Source: Lama guanicoe (taxonomy: Eukaryota). Taken from it: DNA of 64,000 bases. The notes under the pieces are model-generated. The model was not told the DNA's origin. It saw only the letters and a list, made by a program, of their open reading frames with translations, and searched no databases. Location of the stretch: NCBI GenBank assembly GCA_013239625.1, contig MU053561.1:188826-252825 (forward strand). The letters run 5' to 3'. The position numbers and the translations under genes were made by a program. Positions 1 through 14,379 of the stretch are shown here, piece after piece; positions within the stretch are counted from its first letter, which is position 1; each line of letters starts with the position of its first letter.

Positions 1-72
1 TTGGAGGTACTGGGGCTTAAGCTCAGGACCTCACACGTGCTAAGCATGCACTCTGCCACTGAGCTATTTCCC
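1..72 (-). mobile_element. tRNA-derived camelid SINE (Vic-1-like), partial, cut by window edge
   Basis: Reverse complement reads gggaaatagctcagtggcagagtgcatgcttagcacgtgtgaggtcctgagcttaagccccagtacctccaa (tRNA A/B-box-like head); same family as the copies at 3183 and 37881. Confidence 0.85.
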
Positions 73-119
73 TTCTTCTACCCTGTTGTTTCTAATTCTT
101 CATTTTGTCCCTCACTTTT

Positions 120-1110
120 CTACCCAGTCTAATCTGGCATTGTCTCCCACTGTGTTGAAGGCGCTTTCACTAAGGACAGTAATGTCTGCCCTCCCCCCAT
201 ATTACTAAATCCAATGGATACATCAATCTCTATCTTACTTGACTGAGCAGCGTCTGATGCTACTGACCTCCTTGATGAATTCACCATCCTCCTTTGGTTT
301 CCACGCATTATTATTATTTTCCGACATGAGTCATGGCTCTTCAGTGTCCTTTGAAAGCTCCTCTTTCTCTACGAACTTGTTAAGTGTTGTTATTCCTTGG
401 GACCCCATCCTATGTCAGACTCTTTCCTCTACAGATTCCGAGAAATCGCATCCCCTTTTGTAGCTTTAGTTGAGATCTATATGCCAGTGACGTCCAAATC
501 TCTACCTTCCCTGAACTCCAGACACATATTCAACTGCCCTCTAGAGCCTCTCCAACTGGAAATTCCTGAAACCATAGTAACTCACTCCTTTAAACTATTC
601 CTTCTTGTAATGTTTCTTATTCAACTATATGCCACAACATCCACCCAGATGCTCTAGCCAGAAACCTAGGATTCATCCTCATTGGTCTTTCGCTCACCCT
701 CCACATTCGATCAATAACCAAGTCCAGTAAAATCTACTCCTTTGGATCTACCCACTTACCCTCATCCCCACCTGGCCTGAGTGATCACTCGTGGATTTTT
801 GCAAGTCTTTGCTAGTTTCCTGCCTCCAGTTTTCCTCTCATTAGGTCATTTCCCACCAGTCAACAGAAAGTTTTTATATATGTAATTCTGAGAAATTCAC
901 ATCCTTTGTTTAAAGTCATTTAGTTGCTTCCCACTGTCCTTAGGCTAGAGTCCAAACTTCTTAGCGTGGCCCATAAAACTTTCATGATCATCAACATGCC
1001 TATCTGCCTTCAGTCTGTGCCCCACTCTTACTGGATTCCAGGGTTTCAGACACACACTGTTTCCTCTTGCTTCTATGCCTTCACAAATACTCTCCTTTGT
1101 CTGCAACACT
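120..1110 (+). mobile_element. L2 LINE remnant
   Basis: L2-typical blocks such as ccctgaactccagacacatattcaactgcc, ccagaaacctaggattcatcctc and ccaagtcc; approximate ends. Confidence 0.7.
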
Positions 1111-1297
1111 CTATTATAGGACCTCAAACATACCTAGTCTAAATTCAAATCCCAAGTTATCATTTATATTATTCCTCACTCAGCACCGAATTTCAATATT
1201 TAATTTTAAATTAACTCTTGAATTAAGACCCGAATTAACCTTATCTCATTCAATCCATTTCTTATTTCTTTGAAAAATACATCCAAGGGTATGTTCT

Positions 1298-1617
1298 TTT
1301 TTTTTTAATTTTTAGTTGACTATTCTTTTAGAGCAGTTTCAGGTTCACAAAAGAAGTGAGCAGAAAATACAGAATTTGCACACAGCCCTCCCCACCCACA
1401 CATATATATACTTCCCTACCCTCAACATTCCTCATCAGTGAGGCATATTTGGTACAACTGATGAACCAACATGGGCACATTATTATCAACCAAAGTCCAC
1501 AGTTTACATTAGGTTCACTCTTGATGTTGTACATTCTATGGGCTTTGACAAATGCATAATGACATATAGCCACCACTATAGTGTCATATAGAATAATTTC
1601 ATTGCCCTAAAAATCCC
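1298..1617 (-). mobile_element. L1MC-type 3' end with degenerate target-site duplication
   Basis: Poly-T start followed by ttagagcagtttcaggttcaca...gtttacattaggttcactcttgatgttgtacattctatggg; flanked by caagggtatgttct (1284) and cacgggtgtgttct (1618). Confidence 0.75.
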
Positions 1618-3182
1618 CACGGGTGTGTTCTAATGAAAATGTATTTGAACTAACTCACTATGCTCAGGATTGACTTTTACCATAGCTGAATGTGAACTGG
1701 AACATATTTTTTAAAGTACTAGAATATTTTCTTGATTATTACTCATCATGACATTCTATCTTTGGAATTTCTTGTTTATTTCCAGTTGGCTTGAACCAGT
1801 CTCCTTTCTTACCTCTCAGCCCTTCTCCTCTGGTTACCCTACACTTGCCCCTTGTTGGATCCAGTTTGCATGCAGCGGTAGCTGCTGTGGGGCTGCGGTT
1901 AAATAGAACTGCTCAGACTGCAACAGGAAAGCACTGAATCGAAAGCAAAGGGGAGGAAGCACAAACCGATACCCACCACAAAGCTGCTGAGTGCCCAGCA
2001 TGACCCAAGCCACACCCTCTGATGAGGAGTCCTGTGGAGGAGTAAGAAGCCGCAGAGTTTAATAAACGATCAGCACTGCCCTTCTCCACTTCCCATGATC
2101 CAGCCTTCCTGGGTCAGCATGAGTGTCATGAGGTACTGGCCTAAGAAGGTGGGTGAGGGCAGAAAAGCCACCAGAGAGGTAGAGGCTTGGGGAAAGTCCT
2201 TGGAATGAATGACTGTGGACCATTTACCTCGGACTCCCCACATGGTCCAGCTCTGTAAGCAGGAAGATTCTGGGCATGCAAGTGCTTCTAAGGAGCTCTC
2301 TGCTTGGGTCAATTCCCAGAGGTAGGTTCCCATGTTCCCCGAAAATACCTTTGCTCTCTGCCTGAAAGGCTGCTTCTAGTTGTGGTCGAAACTCTTTTGT
2401 TTTAGAACTGAAGGCAAAGCCCCCGTGAGATACAATTAGAGAGCTTTAAATTCACATTAAGGTGGAAATGACTATTTTCAGCTTCCTTCCTGACTTCAAT
2501 AGAGGGAGAAGGAAAAAGGAAGGAAATAAGAGCATCAAAGATATATTCCACCTGCTGTATGATTTTGACCATGCCTACCCCTGACTATTCATGTTTGTTG
2601 ATTTTGCTATCAAAGAAGATACTAATTCTTCAGCAGACAGAATTATAGGGAAGGGAATGAAAAGTATGGTAAAATGTGTAGTAACCAGGTCTAAATTTTA
2701 AACACTGGTAAGGTTGGGAACTCCTTGGAATTACAGAGTCTCACAGTGGCTCATTACTCATTACTTCAGGATCTGGGGAGGTGAGAGCTGGGCCCCTGCT
2801 TCTGCAGCTGGAGACACAGAGTGCAGAGACCAGGGGTGACCATCTTGGTCTGGAGAGAGGGCTGCTTTGCTTGGCTGGAAGTGGGCACTTGTGTCTTCAC
2901 AGAGCACCAGACTCACACTTCAGATAACAGAACAGGAAATATGGTTAGTGCAGCTGGGAGGGGAGAGAGAGCTCACTGTGTACCCAAGACCCATTAAGTT
3001 ACTCATTGGCCTTTCTGCGTCACACTTTTCTATCCTGGAAGTGGGCAGCACTGGGAAGTAGGTGTAATGTGTCCTGAGGTTACCCCCTTCCCTTGCAGCA
3101 TTCTCCCCACTCCTGCCATGTTTAGCTTTTTTTTCTCTCTTCAACCCAGAAAATCTTCCAAGATTTAGATCATGAATGAAAA

Positions 3183-3304
3183 TTTTTTTTGGTGGAGGAG
3201 TTAATCAGATTGATTTATTTATTCTTAGAGGAGATACTGGGGCTTGAACCCAGGATCTTGTGCATGCTAAGCATGAGCTCTACCACCCAAACTATACTGT
3301 CCCC
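3183..3304 (-). mobile_element. tRNA-derived camelid SINE (Vic-1-like)
   Basis: Poly-T, ttaatcagattgatttatttatt tail, then gatactggggcttgaacccaggatcttgtgcatgctaagcatgagctctaccac; aatgaaa(a)ttt on both flanks. Confidence 0.85.
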
Positions 3305-5109
3305 ACTATCAATGAAATTTAAATGGAAGAACATGGGCACTTTGATAGGAGGTGACGGAAACGGTTTGGGAGTAGGTGGACCTTCTTCTCTCACAAGGCC
3401 AGAGCTACAAGAGGTAAAATGTGGCCTCTGTTTTAGCAACCCCAGCAGCGGTGAGTTGGAAGGGATCCTAACCAAGGAAAAAGGGAATGGAGTTGTGGTC
3501 AGATGACTTTGTTTTGAAACTATTCTCTCTCCTTCCCTCCCTTCCTTCTCCCTTCCTCCCTTCCCTCCAGGAAGGAAGGGAGGGGAAAGTAGCCATAGGA
3601 TGGGACGCTCCTTGCCGCTCAGAGGAATGCTGCAAGCTTCCCAAGCCTGAGTGCCTGCCCGGAGCTTGCCCGCTTCCTTCAGCCATCAAGGATGTTCCTC
3701 CTGTCAAACCCTCAAGTTGTCTTTAATAATTCTGCCTGATCCAAGCTTAGGAGCAGAGTAACTCTGCTCCCCAGGTGCCATCTGTCAGCTGGTGATCTGC
3801 CTTAATACATTCCTTAGACAAGGAAAATTCACAATGTGAGTGCAAAGAGGGGGAGACAGGGAGTGTGAGCTGGTTTTTGAAAATGCTTGCTTATGGAGAA
3901 GCGAGATAGGTTGGTTGGAGGGCATGTGGAGTAAAGAATGGATTTTTTTTTCCCCAATTGAGAGAGGTTTAGGTGTGTGTACATACTTGAGAAAGAGAGT
4001 AGTGAGAGATCTTAAGCAAGCCCCTTCATTCTTAAATTGATTCTCTCATATGGGGGAAAAAAGGAGAGATTTTAATGAAGATTGCAATTAAATTAAAGTC
4101 AAATTCATAGTAGTAGCTTGTACACTGCAAAGCCCTTTAAACATGTTAATCATTTTGACTCTCATCATCTGGTGACTGTACAGATGAGTAAGCCCTGGTC
4201 ACAGCTGTTCTGTCTCTGTCTCTTCTACCCTGTGGGACAGAGCTGTGAGGAAGAGACAGGCTCTTGAGTAGGCAGGCTGAGACACATAAGGAAGAAGCTA
4301 ACAGTGGTGTGATTTGTATCTTGCCATGCTTTGAACCTTTGAGGGATGGTGTCTGTGTGTGCTGCATGTGTGTGTCTTACTAGACACAACAAGTTACCAT
4401 TGTATTATTTAACTTGCCCTCTCTTCTTATTTTTGAATTTTTGTTTTAAAAACAGACACATTTCAGATCCAACATCTCTCTGAGAAGTTCTAATTTAGGG
4501 AAGACAGTTTTAGAAACTAAAAATGCAAGGGGACGTCCAAATAAGATTCTATACATGGACTTCTACTTAGACAAAACAGCCGTGTCCTAATGTTAATCCA
4601 CAGCTTTTGGAGGAAGGGTTAACCTTGTATGTTTCCTGACTATTTTGCAGAATCACATTATAATTTTGCTTTGATGCAAGTTTGGCAAAAGCAATCATGA
4701 TTCTTTTTACCAAATAATTCCCATCAGCTCTACATAGTATTATATCCTCAGTCTTGATCCTCGTAATTATTTGCTTTGCAACTTTGCTTTGAACCATCCC
4801 ACACCCATTTCTACAGCTTGCAGTAAAGATACCCTGCAAATTTCACTCCCACATTTTCTCTCTCTTTCCCATCTGGCTTCCAACCTTGAGATGATTTATG
4901 CCTTCATTTCTGGGTGTATCTCTTCGTCTACTCCTTACTGTCCCTCCTCCATCCCTGAATCCATCCTCCTTCTCCTGGCCCCTCTCCACCTCCAGCTTTT
5001 ATTACTAGCAACCCCTGAGGCCAACCCATAGTGTGCTCCTTCGTGCGTTACATGGACAAATTTTTGGAGGGCACTGAACGGAACAATCTGGTGTCTTTTT
5101 CCAACAGTG

Positions 5110-6680
5110 AATAAAAAATAGCTTTATTAAGATATAATTTATATACTGTAAAGTTCATATATTTAGGGTGTACAATTCAGTGGTTTATAATGTATATATA
5201 TATATAGTGAGAGAAAAAGGAAGAGATTTGTACATCACCTTAATTAATTTTAAAACATTTTCATTGTCCCTCAAAGAAACTTTATGCCAGTTAACAGTCA
5301 CTCACTGTCTTCATTCCCCACACCACCCTTTTGCTCCCTCTAATTCTAGGCAACTATTAATCTGCTTTCTTTTTTTTATAGATCTTCCTCTTCTAAACAT
5401 TTTACATAAATGAAATCCACACATTAGTGGTCTTTGGGAATGGCTTCTATCGCCTACATAATGCTTTTGGGTTTCAGCCATACTGTAGCATGTATCTGTA
5501 CCTCATTCTGTTTTATTGTCAAATAATACTCTGTTGGATAGCTGTATCACTTTTTGTTTATCCATTCATTGGTTGATGGACTTTTGGGTTGTTTTCATTT
5601 TTTGGCTATTATATGAATAAAGCTTCTATAAGCATTCACGTACAGGTTTTTGTGTGAACATATGTTTTCACTTCTCTTGGGTGGATACCTAGGGTTGGAA
5701 TTGCTAGGTCATATTGTAACTTTATTTTTAGCGTTTAGAGGGACTGCCAAACCATTTTCCAAAGTGACTGCATCATTTTACTTTCCCATAAGCAGTGCAT
5801 GAAGGTTCCAACTTCTCCACATCCTCACCAAAATTTGTTATTGTCTGCCTTTTTTATTATAGCTATTCAAGTGAGTGAAAAGTGGCAGCTCATTGTGATT
5901 TTCATTTGCATTTCCCTAAAGACTTTCCATATGCTGATTAGCTATTCGTATATTTTCTTTGGAAAAATATTTATTGTAATTACTCATTTTTAAATTGGGT
6001 TATCTGTCTTTTTATTATTGCATTGTAAAAGCTCGTAAAATTTTAGATACAAGTCCCTTATCAGATTTATGATTTGCAAATATTTTCTCCCATTCTACCG
6101 GCTGTCCTTTCACTTTCTTCATGAAGTCCTCTAAAACACAAAAGTTTTGCATTTTGAGCAAGTTCAGTGGATCGATCTTCTCTTTCGTCACTTTGCTTTC
6201 GGTGTTGTATCTTAACTCAAGGTCACACAGACCTACTCTCATGCTTTCTTCTAGAAGTCTAATAGTTTTAGTTGCTACTTTCAGGTCTATGATCCACTTT
6301 GAGTTAATATTTGTGTATACTATTCGGTAGAGATCCAAATTAAGTCTTTTGATGTGTATATTTAGCTGTCCCCACACTATTTGTTAAAAAGACTATTCTT
6401 TCTCTATTGAACTGTCTTGGCCTCTTTGTCAAAAATCAATTGAATATAACTGTTAGGGTTTATTTGTAGATTCTTAATTCTGTTTCATTGATTTATGTGT
6501 CCATTCTTATTCTAGTACTACACTGTCTTGATTACTGTAGTCTTTCAGTAAGCCTTGAAATCAGGAAGCGTGAATCGGCCAACTTTTTTTCTTTTTCAAG
6601 ATCATCTGGCTATTCTGAGTCCCCTGCATTTCCATATGAATGTTAGGATCAGCAAAAATTGACAAACTGATCATAAAATT
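5110..6680 (-). mobile_element. Old L1 (L1MB-like) 3' UTR plus decayed ORF2 C-terminus
   Basis: ORF 6015-6377(-) reads YTNINSKWIIDL...WEKIFANHKSDKGLVSKI, i.e. L1 ORF2; typical L1 3' UTR antisense text. Confidence 0.9.
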
Positions 6681-7569
6681 CATAAGAAAGCCCCCACTTT
6701 TAATAAATTATTAAAACATTTTCTTACACTCTTAAGATGAAATTGGAGAAGGAGGATTGAGCAAGTACACTTTGGAGTTGTGGAAAGCAGCGTGATCCTT
6801 TGAAAGTGGGACCAAACAGATGGAGGAGGGGAGTAAGGGAGCCAAAAAGTTTGGTGAACTTCCCACCCTGGTGAGAGGAATGTTTGTTCAGAGGAGGCAG
6901 TTTGATCTAGCACCAGGGGACATTGTGAAAGATAATTGAAATGGTTCAGTCCATTGATCTTCCCAGAAGAAAAAAAAAGGGTCTCCAAGTAAGCAGTATT
7001 GTTAGTTTGTTGATTCTTACTGAAGAAGATTCTCATCTAACTAAGGGAAGCAGCTGGCCCTTTCTTAGGGCTGTAAGACAAGAAAAAAATGAAAAAATTC
7101 CTGTCTTTTCTTACCTCTCTCTGTGGCCAGCCCTAACCTTTATTCATCTTTGTTACCCTTCCCCTTTATAAGTTCCCCAAAAGGAGAAGGGAGGTAGGGG
7201 CAGAAAAAGAGGAAAATCATAGTGGGAGAGAGGGTTAGAGATGCTGGGGATAGGAGAGGAATTGTGGGGCACTAAAAATGAAAGATCTTTAAGGCACTGC
7301 TGGTGAGCACACTCTGGGATGTAACAGTATACAACAGGAGGTGTAAGGATGGTCACATTCTTTGACTCAGGAATCCAACTCCTGATAGTTTATCCTAACG
7401 AAGGAAAATATGAAAAAGCTGTGAATGGCAATGTTAATGAGAATGTTATCCATAATAGCACCAGTTAGAAAAACCTAAATCCCTAAAAAAAAGTTTTATG
7501 ACATCATGGCATGTAAGTAAAGATGGCAGATTATCATACTGGTTCCATGGTCAAATTATACCCTGAACT

Positions 7570-8300
7570 GCAGCACTTTTCACTGCATTCTCTACTACCC
7601 CAGGTTCAAGTCACATAAACTCAAACCTGGATTATTTCAGTGGCCTCCCAACTTGTCTTTCTGCTTTCACCGCCCCCCATCCCCTCGTCTACTCTCAACA
7701 TAGTAGTCATCAGAAGGAACCCTTTAGAAAACTTAAGTCAATCCTCTATGCAAAAGCTTCCGCAGTTCCCCATTTAGTATAAAGCCGATGCCTTTTGCTG
7801 GTCCCAGGCCCTGCCTCCTCTGGCCCCCATTACTCTCTGACCTCATCTGACACTATTTTCCTCTTGTACACTCCACTGTGGCCATACAGGGCTCCTTATA
7901 ATTTCTTGAACACAGCAGGCCTTCTCCTGCCCAGTAACTGAACTCACTCTTCCCTTTCTCCCAGATATCCATTTAGCTTTTTTCCTCACCACCTTCAGCT
8001 CTCTGCTCACATGTCACAGATAAGCCTTTCTTTTTTTGACCATCCTAATTAAAAATTGTTCTCTTCCCCCAACCTCTAGCTCCTGACACTTCCTATTTTC
8101 CTTCCTTGCTTTGCTCTTCCCCATTGCATTTATCACCTTATCTGATTTATTTATTTATTTGGATTACTGCCTGATTGTCCCCATAGAATCTCTGCTCTGT
8201 GCGAGCAGGGATTCATGCATATTGCTCATTACTATATCTTCAGTGTCCCTGTGCCTGGCACAAGAGTAGCTGTTAATAAACACTTGATAAATGAATGAAC
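7570..8300 (+). mobile_element. L2 3' end
   Basis: Ends cagtgtccctgtgcctggcaca...aataaacacttgataaatgaatgaa. Confidence 0.7.
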
Positions 8301-8419
8301 ACATCCATAAAAGTGATCATTATGAAAACTAGGTTGCGATTTTTGCCAGTGGGAAGATATCAAGGTATAAACTGTGACATGCACCATGGCTGTGGCAGTG
8401 TGGTCTGGGAGCAGTGCGG

Positions 8420-8630
8420 TCTGAGGGCCACAGAATTGGAGAGATCTGGACTTAAATGTTGACTTGACCAGTTTCTAGTTGTGTGACCTTGGGCAAGTGG
8501 GCCTAATCTCTTGGATTCACCATCTGTGAAACAGGTGTAATAATGCTTCCCTTCTAGTATTGTGAAGATTCAGTGGGAAAGTGTACGTGAACACTTGACA
8601 CATAGCAGGTGGTCTGTGAACATTAAGTCC
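8420..8630 (+). mobile_element. MIR SINE
   Basis: Core tgtgtgaccttgggcaagt...catctgtgaaacagg. Confidence 0.7.
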
Positions 8631-10299
8631 CTCTCCTCTCCTGAGGAAGACTGTATATCCAGTGGATAAGAACTGGGTGGAAGGATACAAAAGTGGAAAT
8701 AGTTGGGGATGTCAAATAGAAGGATTAAGAATATTTATAAACATTTCATTTTTTCCAGTAACCAAGTCCTCCCTCTGCATGGGTATATGAACAGACTGGG
8801 AGTGAGGTTCTCCCAGTCATCTCCTGGGTCTGGCTTCACCTCAGCACTTAGAAGATGTGTGATATTAAGCAAGTGCTAACTTTTCTGGGCTTGTTTCCTT
8901 AACCGTAAAATGAAGAGGTTGAACTTAGTAACTTTAATGCCTTCAGTGCCTAACATTTCATAATTCAAATAGGCAAGCCATTCCACCTGGCTTTGCCCCA
9001 CTTCAGCCCAGCCTTACTCAAATACGGTGGCCAGATGTTTCTAATCTTAGGCATAAAAGCCTCTATTCTTTGGTTTTCAGAGACCAAAAGAAACTGGGAA
9101 GTTTAGAAACAGTACTCAGCAGAAGAGTTTTTCTTCTCTCTGACTCTTAAACAGCCACATTCGTATTGTTCAAACTAAAGAAAACACAAAAAGCAAAGCA
9201 AAGCAAATGTTCACCTTTGGGTTTGAATCAACTATGTGACGCTTTAAGCCATGAAGGAAAGTGTATGTATGTGGGTTTTCTGTTTTTTTTTTTTTAAAGC
9301 AACAACCAAAAAGTAGATGTCAGCAGTTTTCCACTGTAACTATAACCTTGTTCCCGCATGGCTGTGAGCCGATGCCAGGAGGGATGGCTGGAGCCTTCCC
9401 CCGCTCTGGAAAGCTTGTGGCTTTGTTGTCTTCACATTGCCACACCGAGGCGGAGGAGAGGAGGATGTTTGGGTTTGCAAGCCGCCAGCCACTGTCAGCA
9501 AGTTTGCAGCCCTGGCTTCACTTCCCTGAACGGGGTTTTTGGAGGGGGTGGGTGGTCAGCTGCCCTGGCCTCCCTCTAACGGCGGAGCCACAGAGGAGTC
9601 AAATACCCCACCAGTTGCAAGGCTCTGACTTTCTCCAGCTGAAAACTGACGATCTCATCTGGGAAGGGTCAGTTAAAAAATGACAGAACTACCCAAAGTA
9701 AACAGAGGAAACAACCACAACAGAAACTTTCTCTGCAATGTTTCCTTATAATTACCGGCCCGGCCCACCAGAGTTCTGGCTAGAGTCCCCACCCACCCTC
9801 TCTGGTGCCCCCACCGGCCTTGTTTGAATAAGCCCTGGCTGACCCGGGCATCGCCTCCTGTCCTCAGGCCTCTCTCCAGCGCTCTCCCCGGAGAGCAGGG
9901 AGAGTCCAGGTTGCAGAGTGTTTTCAGACTGGAGTTTGGGGATAGTCAAACAAGAAGAGCTCCCTTGTTAGGACGCCTAATTGATGAGTAAACTCAGCTA
10001 AAATGATGTGCCCAAAGGCAGAGAGTAAGCTCGGGGCAGAACTGGTCTCTATTTCTAACCTAGCGCTCTTTCCAAATTATCATCCCCTGTTGGAAAGGAC
10101 TGAAAATAGGGAAGTTAACTTAAAATGCTCTTTCTCTACCTTTTCTTTCTAACCAAATCCTACTTTGTTGACCTTCAGGGCTGTGTAGAAAAGCATAGTT
10201 TGCATTTAGACTTGAGGACAAGAACTAAATCTTACCCTATGTGTGTGTACTTCAGAGCTCAGGTTACCCGCCTGCCCCTCCAGGTAGCATATGAGGTCA

Positions 10300-10690
10300 G
10301 CAGCCAAGCAGAGTGGGTAGGGAACAGGCTTCAGAGTCCAGTGAGGCTCGGAACTCTGGCTCAGCACATCCTAGCTGTGTGAGCTTGTACAAACAAATTT
10401 CTGTCTCCGCAACTTGGTTTCCACACCTGAGAAATGGGAACAATCACAGCATCTACTTTGTCGTGCTGTCATGAAGGTTCCACCGGCTGGCACACGTAAC
10501 ACACATGAAAACCCCAACAAATGTTAGAAATTGTTAATACCCTTAAAGGCACTCGTTATACCCTTTTTATAGTTGAGGAAATCAAGGCTCAGAGAGGCTA
10601 AAGGGCTGCAGTCATACAGCTAGCTGGTTAGTAAGAGAGCCAGGATTCAGCTCCGCCTCCTGACTCCTCATCCAGGGCATTGCTGCTCCA
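10300..10690. mobile_element. Two MIR SINEs in opposite orientation
   Basis: ctagctgtgtgagcttg...ctgagaaatggg (+) then gaggaaatcaaggctcagagagg...ccaggattc (-). Confidence 0.65.
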
Positions 10691-12399
10691 CTGCTGAGTG
10701 CAGACAGTTGAAGGTGGCTCTGGGCCATGAGTCAGAAGTGTCTGCTTGTCCCTAACGTCGTGGAATGACATGTTATTGATTAGGTCCTCACATGCTTGAG
10801 GTGCTGGGAAATGGGTGCTTCAGGGGTGAGGTAGGTTTTCACTTGCAGCTTTTTGATCAAGCAGTCTGCTCACTGACACGAGCCAGGGAATGAAGCCTGG
10901 CGTGAATCCCTAACCCAAGTCCAGGGAAGCTGCGCTCAGGGGCTGCGCCAGAAGTCCTCAGATACTCTCAACTTTGAATGAATGTGGCATCTATAGGAAC
11001 TTGATTGCCTTCATTTTCCCCCCTTCCTTTGTCATCCATCTGATAGAATCCTATTATTTAATATTCTGCCAAGACCTGAGCAAATAATAAAGCTGTGTTT
11101 GAGAAGTAAAGCATGCAAGTGCCATGAGAAGATTGCAAAGTCCTAAAGAAGACAGTGGTAGTTAAGGCACCAGCAGGCAAAAGTCAAACGTCATGGAAGA
11201 ACTCAGGGACACAAAGTCAGGCACAGAGCACCAGCTCTGCTGTCTGAGAAACCAAGTGTGGTCTCAGCATCTGAATGTTTTCAAGCCCTCCCTCTTCCTC
11301 TTAAAGCTGCGGAAAACACCGCGACACAATGCAATGAGCAAGGATCTTGGAGAAAGAAGTCTTAACCCTGTCACTCTCCCTGGCTGGGTGATCTTGGGTG
11401 AAGGCCCCTAACCATCTCCTCCACCCCTCCTCCCAGGAAGGTAGCTTTTTACCTACAAATGGAATTGAACTAGATGATTATCGAGGTCCCTTCATGCTCT
11501 GAAACAGCCGTGAAAATAGGTAAAGCTGGCAGTTTTCTACATGAGACGACTATACTTGGAGGGGCACCATGAGGCCCACAGGACCAAATATGCCACCTTA
11601 CCACCAGTCTTCCATGGTGCGTGACAGCCTCGCCTCAGACACAGTGTCTTCACGCAGGGCTTACCAACCCGCCACTAACTTACTGGCGTGCAGCCACTTT
11701 GAGACTCAGTAATGTCCATTATATATGCAGAATGAGACAGCAAGTTATAAAAGATGATTTGCATGTTGCATAAATATAAAAAATAGAAATATATGTCTAT
11801 ATACAAAAAAAGAGAACTGAGACACACCCACCATATTTTTCACATTGATTATTCCTAGAGAGTAGGAGAGTGGAGCAGAGGAGAGAAATTTTACCTAAAT
11901 CCTTCTATACAATTTGCTTGTTTTTAATAGACTACTTAATAATTAGAAATAAAGTTGTTTTAAAAATAAACCTTAAAAGTCCTACAGAAACGTTTCATTA
12001 ATAGTTGTAATGAATGGCACTGGCTCTGCCAGAAACAAATCTGCATCTTGATACTTCATCAGAGCCTTTGCTAAAGTACTGATTGTGCACAAAGTTTCTA
12101 TTGAGGGTGGGGGCCGGGACTGGGGGGCCCTAATCACATCATCAAAACTCTCCTTTGGTAATCTTGGGCAACTTGAGTTTGCCCAAACTTGACTTGAGTT
12201 TGGATTTCTCCCTGATAAAACAAGGCTGTTAAACCAAATGACTTATAGGAGCCTTTCTACTCTGATGGCCTCTGGTTCCAAATACAGTGCACACAAAGAT
12301 CCAGCTAGGAAAGCATGTCAGATGGGAGCTAGGAGAAAATGTCTTACTTTCCTTCAAAGCAGAGTGAAAACTGATGGAAAACTCTCTCTTCCTTCCTTC

Positions 12400-12946
12400 C
12401 TTACCCCTCTTTTCCTTCCTACATCCCACTATCTATATTTGGGACACTCCCCACATTATGGACCCTGATGGGATACAGACAACCTCTCACTATGGAAGCT
12501 GAAAATACCCAGAGACTTATTTTCCAGCCTCCCCTGCAGCTATGCACAGCTATAAGGATCTGCACTGGACTTTGACCTGGAGCTAGTGACCACACATAGC
12601 AAAGGCTGATGCATCTGCTCTGCAGAGAGTGGCATTAGTTGCAATAACCACATTCAGATTCCAGATGCTTCAGTAGTGGTGGTTCTAACAGCAGGGATCA
12701 GCATCCAGACATGGGGTGTCCACTGTCCCAGAGGTGGTGTCTATGCAATGGAGGCACTGGGGTCTTCAAGGGGTCGTTCTAAGCACAATTCTAGAAGTCA
12801 TTTCTGGGTATGTAGCCTCTAAATCTGGGTCTCCTATCCTCCTGAAAATCCTGTGCACTACCCAATATCCTTTAATAAATCCTTATCCTGATTAAATTAA
12901 TCAGAATTTGTTTCTGTTACTTGCAACCAAAGCTCCTGACTGATGC
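12400..12946 (+). mobile_element. ERVL solo LTR (LTR16-like)
   Basis: ttttccagcctcccctgcagct; ttaataaatcc polyA signal; ends tttctgttacttgcaaccaaagctcctgactgatgca. Confidence 0.65.
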
Positions 12947-12959
12947 ATCCATTATGCAA

Positions 12960-14060
12960 CCATTCTTTTAATTTAAAAACATTCACTTGGTTAAAAAAGA
13001 AAAAGTGAAAAAGAAAAAGATTTAAGAGGAAAAAAAAGCAAGTCTTCTTCCATTTCTTGACCTCTTATTTTCCCAATTCTCCTCTGTAGAGGTAGCCTAG
13101 TTTCCTATGTATTTCCCCAGAGATACTCTACATGTATGTAAGATTATCTATGTATCTAAGAAAAAAACACTATTTATTTATTTATTTATTTATTTATTTT
13201 AGAAAAAACACTTTAAAAACCACCAAACAGGGCAATGGTGTCATTCCATACACATTATTTCATATCTTGCTTTCAAACGTAATACATGTTGGAGATAATT
13301 CCATAAATATAAAGGTGCCTATTCTTTTTAATGGCTGCTTAACATTCCATACAGTGTATAGAATGAATATACTATAATCTGTTTAGCCAATAACCTACTG
13401 TGAACAGTTGGTTGCTTACAGTTTTAATGGCTACAGATAAGCTGCAATGAGCATCCTTGTAAGTACATCTTAAATATGGCTTAAGCCCACGGCAAGCATA
13501 TGATAGGATAAATTTCTGACAGTGAAGTTGCTTGGTTAAAGGTATAAATAACTGTTTAATTTTGACAGATAGTACCAAACTGTACTACAAGGAGACTGCA
13601 TCAATTTTTAATCTTACTAAAATGTTTTAAATTCTCTGTCTCCCCATATTCTCACCTCATGAATATGTATTATTAGCTATTTATAGTGTTGCCATTCTGA
13701 TAGCTGAAAAATGATCTCTCGTGATTTTAATGTTTATTCTTTAAACTGTAAGTGATGTTGAGCATTTTTCTTATATTTAAAAGCTGTTTGTATTTATTTA
13801 TCTATGTATCCTATTCATGCCCTTTGCCTGTTGCTTTTATTGGATTTTGATCTGTTTTTAATTATTTTGTAAGAACTCCACGTATTAAGGAAACTAGTCC
13901 TTTGTCATATTTGTTGCAAATATTTTTCCCAATTTTTTTTTAGTCCTCTGATTTATTTTATTTTATTTTATTTTATTTTATTTTATTTTATTCTGCCTCA
14001 CAGAAATCTTAATTTTTATGGAGTTAAATTTGCCCAAATTTTTGCTTGGAATGGCTTTTG
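12960..14060 (-). mobile_element. Old L1 (L1ME-like) 3' region
   Basis: Antisense L1 3' text (ataagctgcaatgagcatccttgt, gatgttgagcattttt); contains (TTTA)n and (TTTTA)n runs. Confidence 0.7.
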
Positions 14061-14379
14061 GTTGGGAAGTTTCTCATGGTCTCAGCTGCTATTTAGAAAA
14101 ACAACACGAGATTTTTGGTTAAAGACAGCAGATTAAACACATGCATTGTGTTCCACTCCCTTCTAGAACTCAACCAAAGTTAATGGTTGATGAAGTAATA
14201 CGTTCAGATATAGTGATTCTAAAGCCAAAAAGTGTAAAAGGCACAGAGCAAAAAGTTTCCTTCAACCATGTCTCCTACTGGCCCAGCTCCCCTTTTCTTC
14301 CTGTTCATAAGTACACGCTGTTATGAGTTTCTCATGTGTGTTTCCAGAGTTTCTTTATATGTAAGCAAATAAAAACTTA

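Noticed and set aside
9170..9950. Mildly CpG-rich stretch with 140-aa ORF and Forkhead/nuclear-receptor-like motifs
   Set aside because: No recognisable protein or splice structure; it may be an enhancer, but the sequence alone cannot support that.
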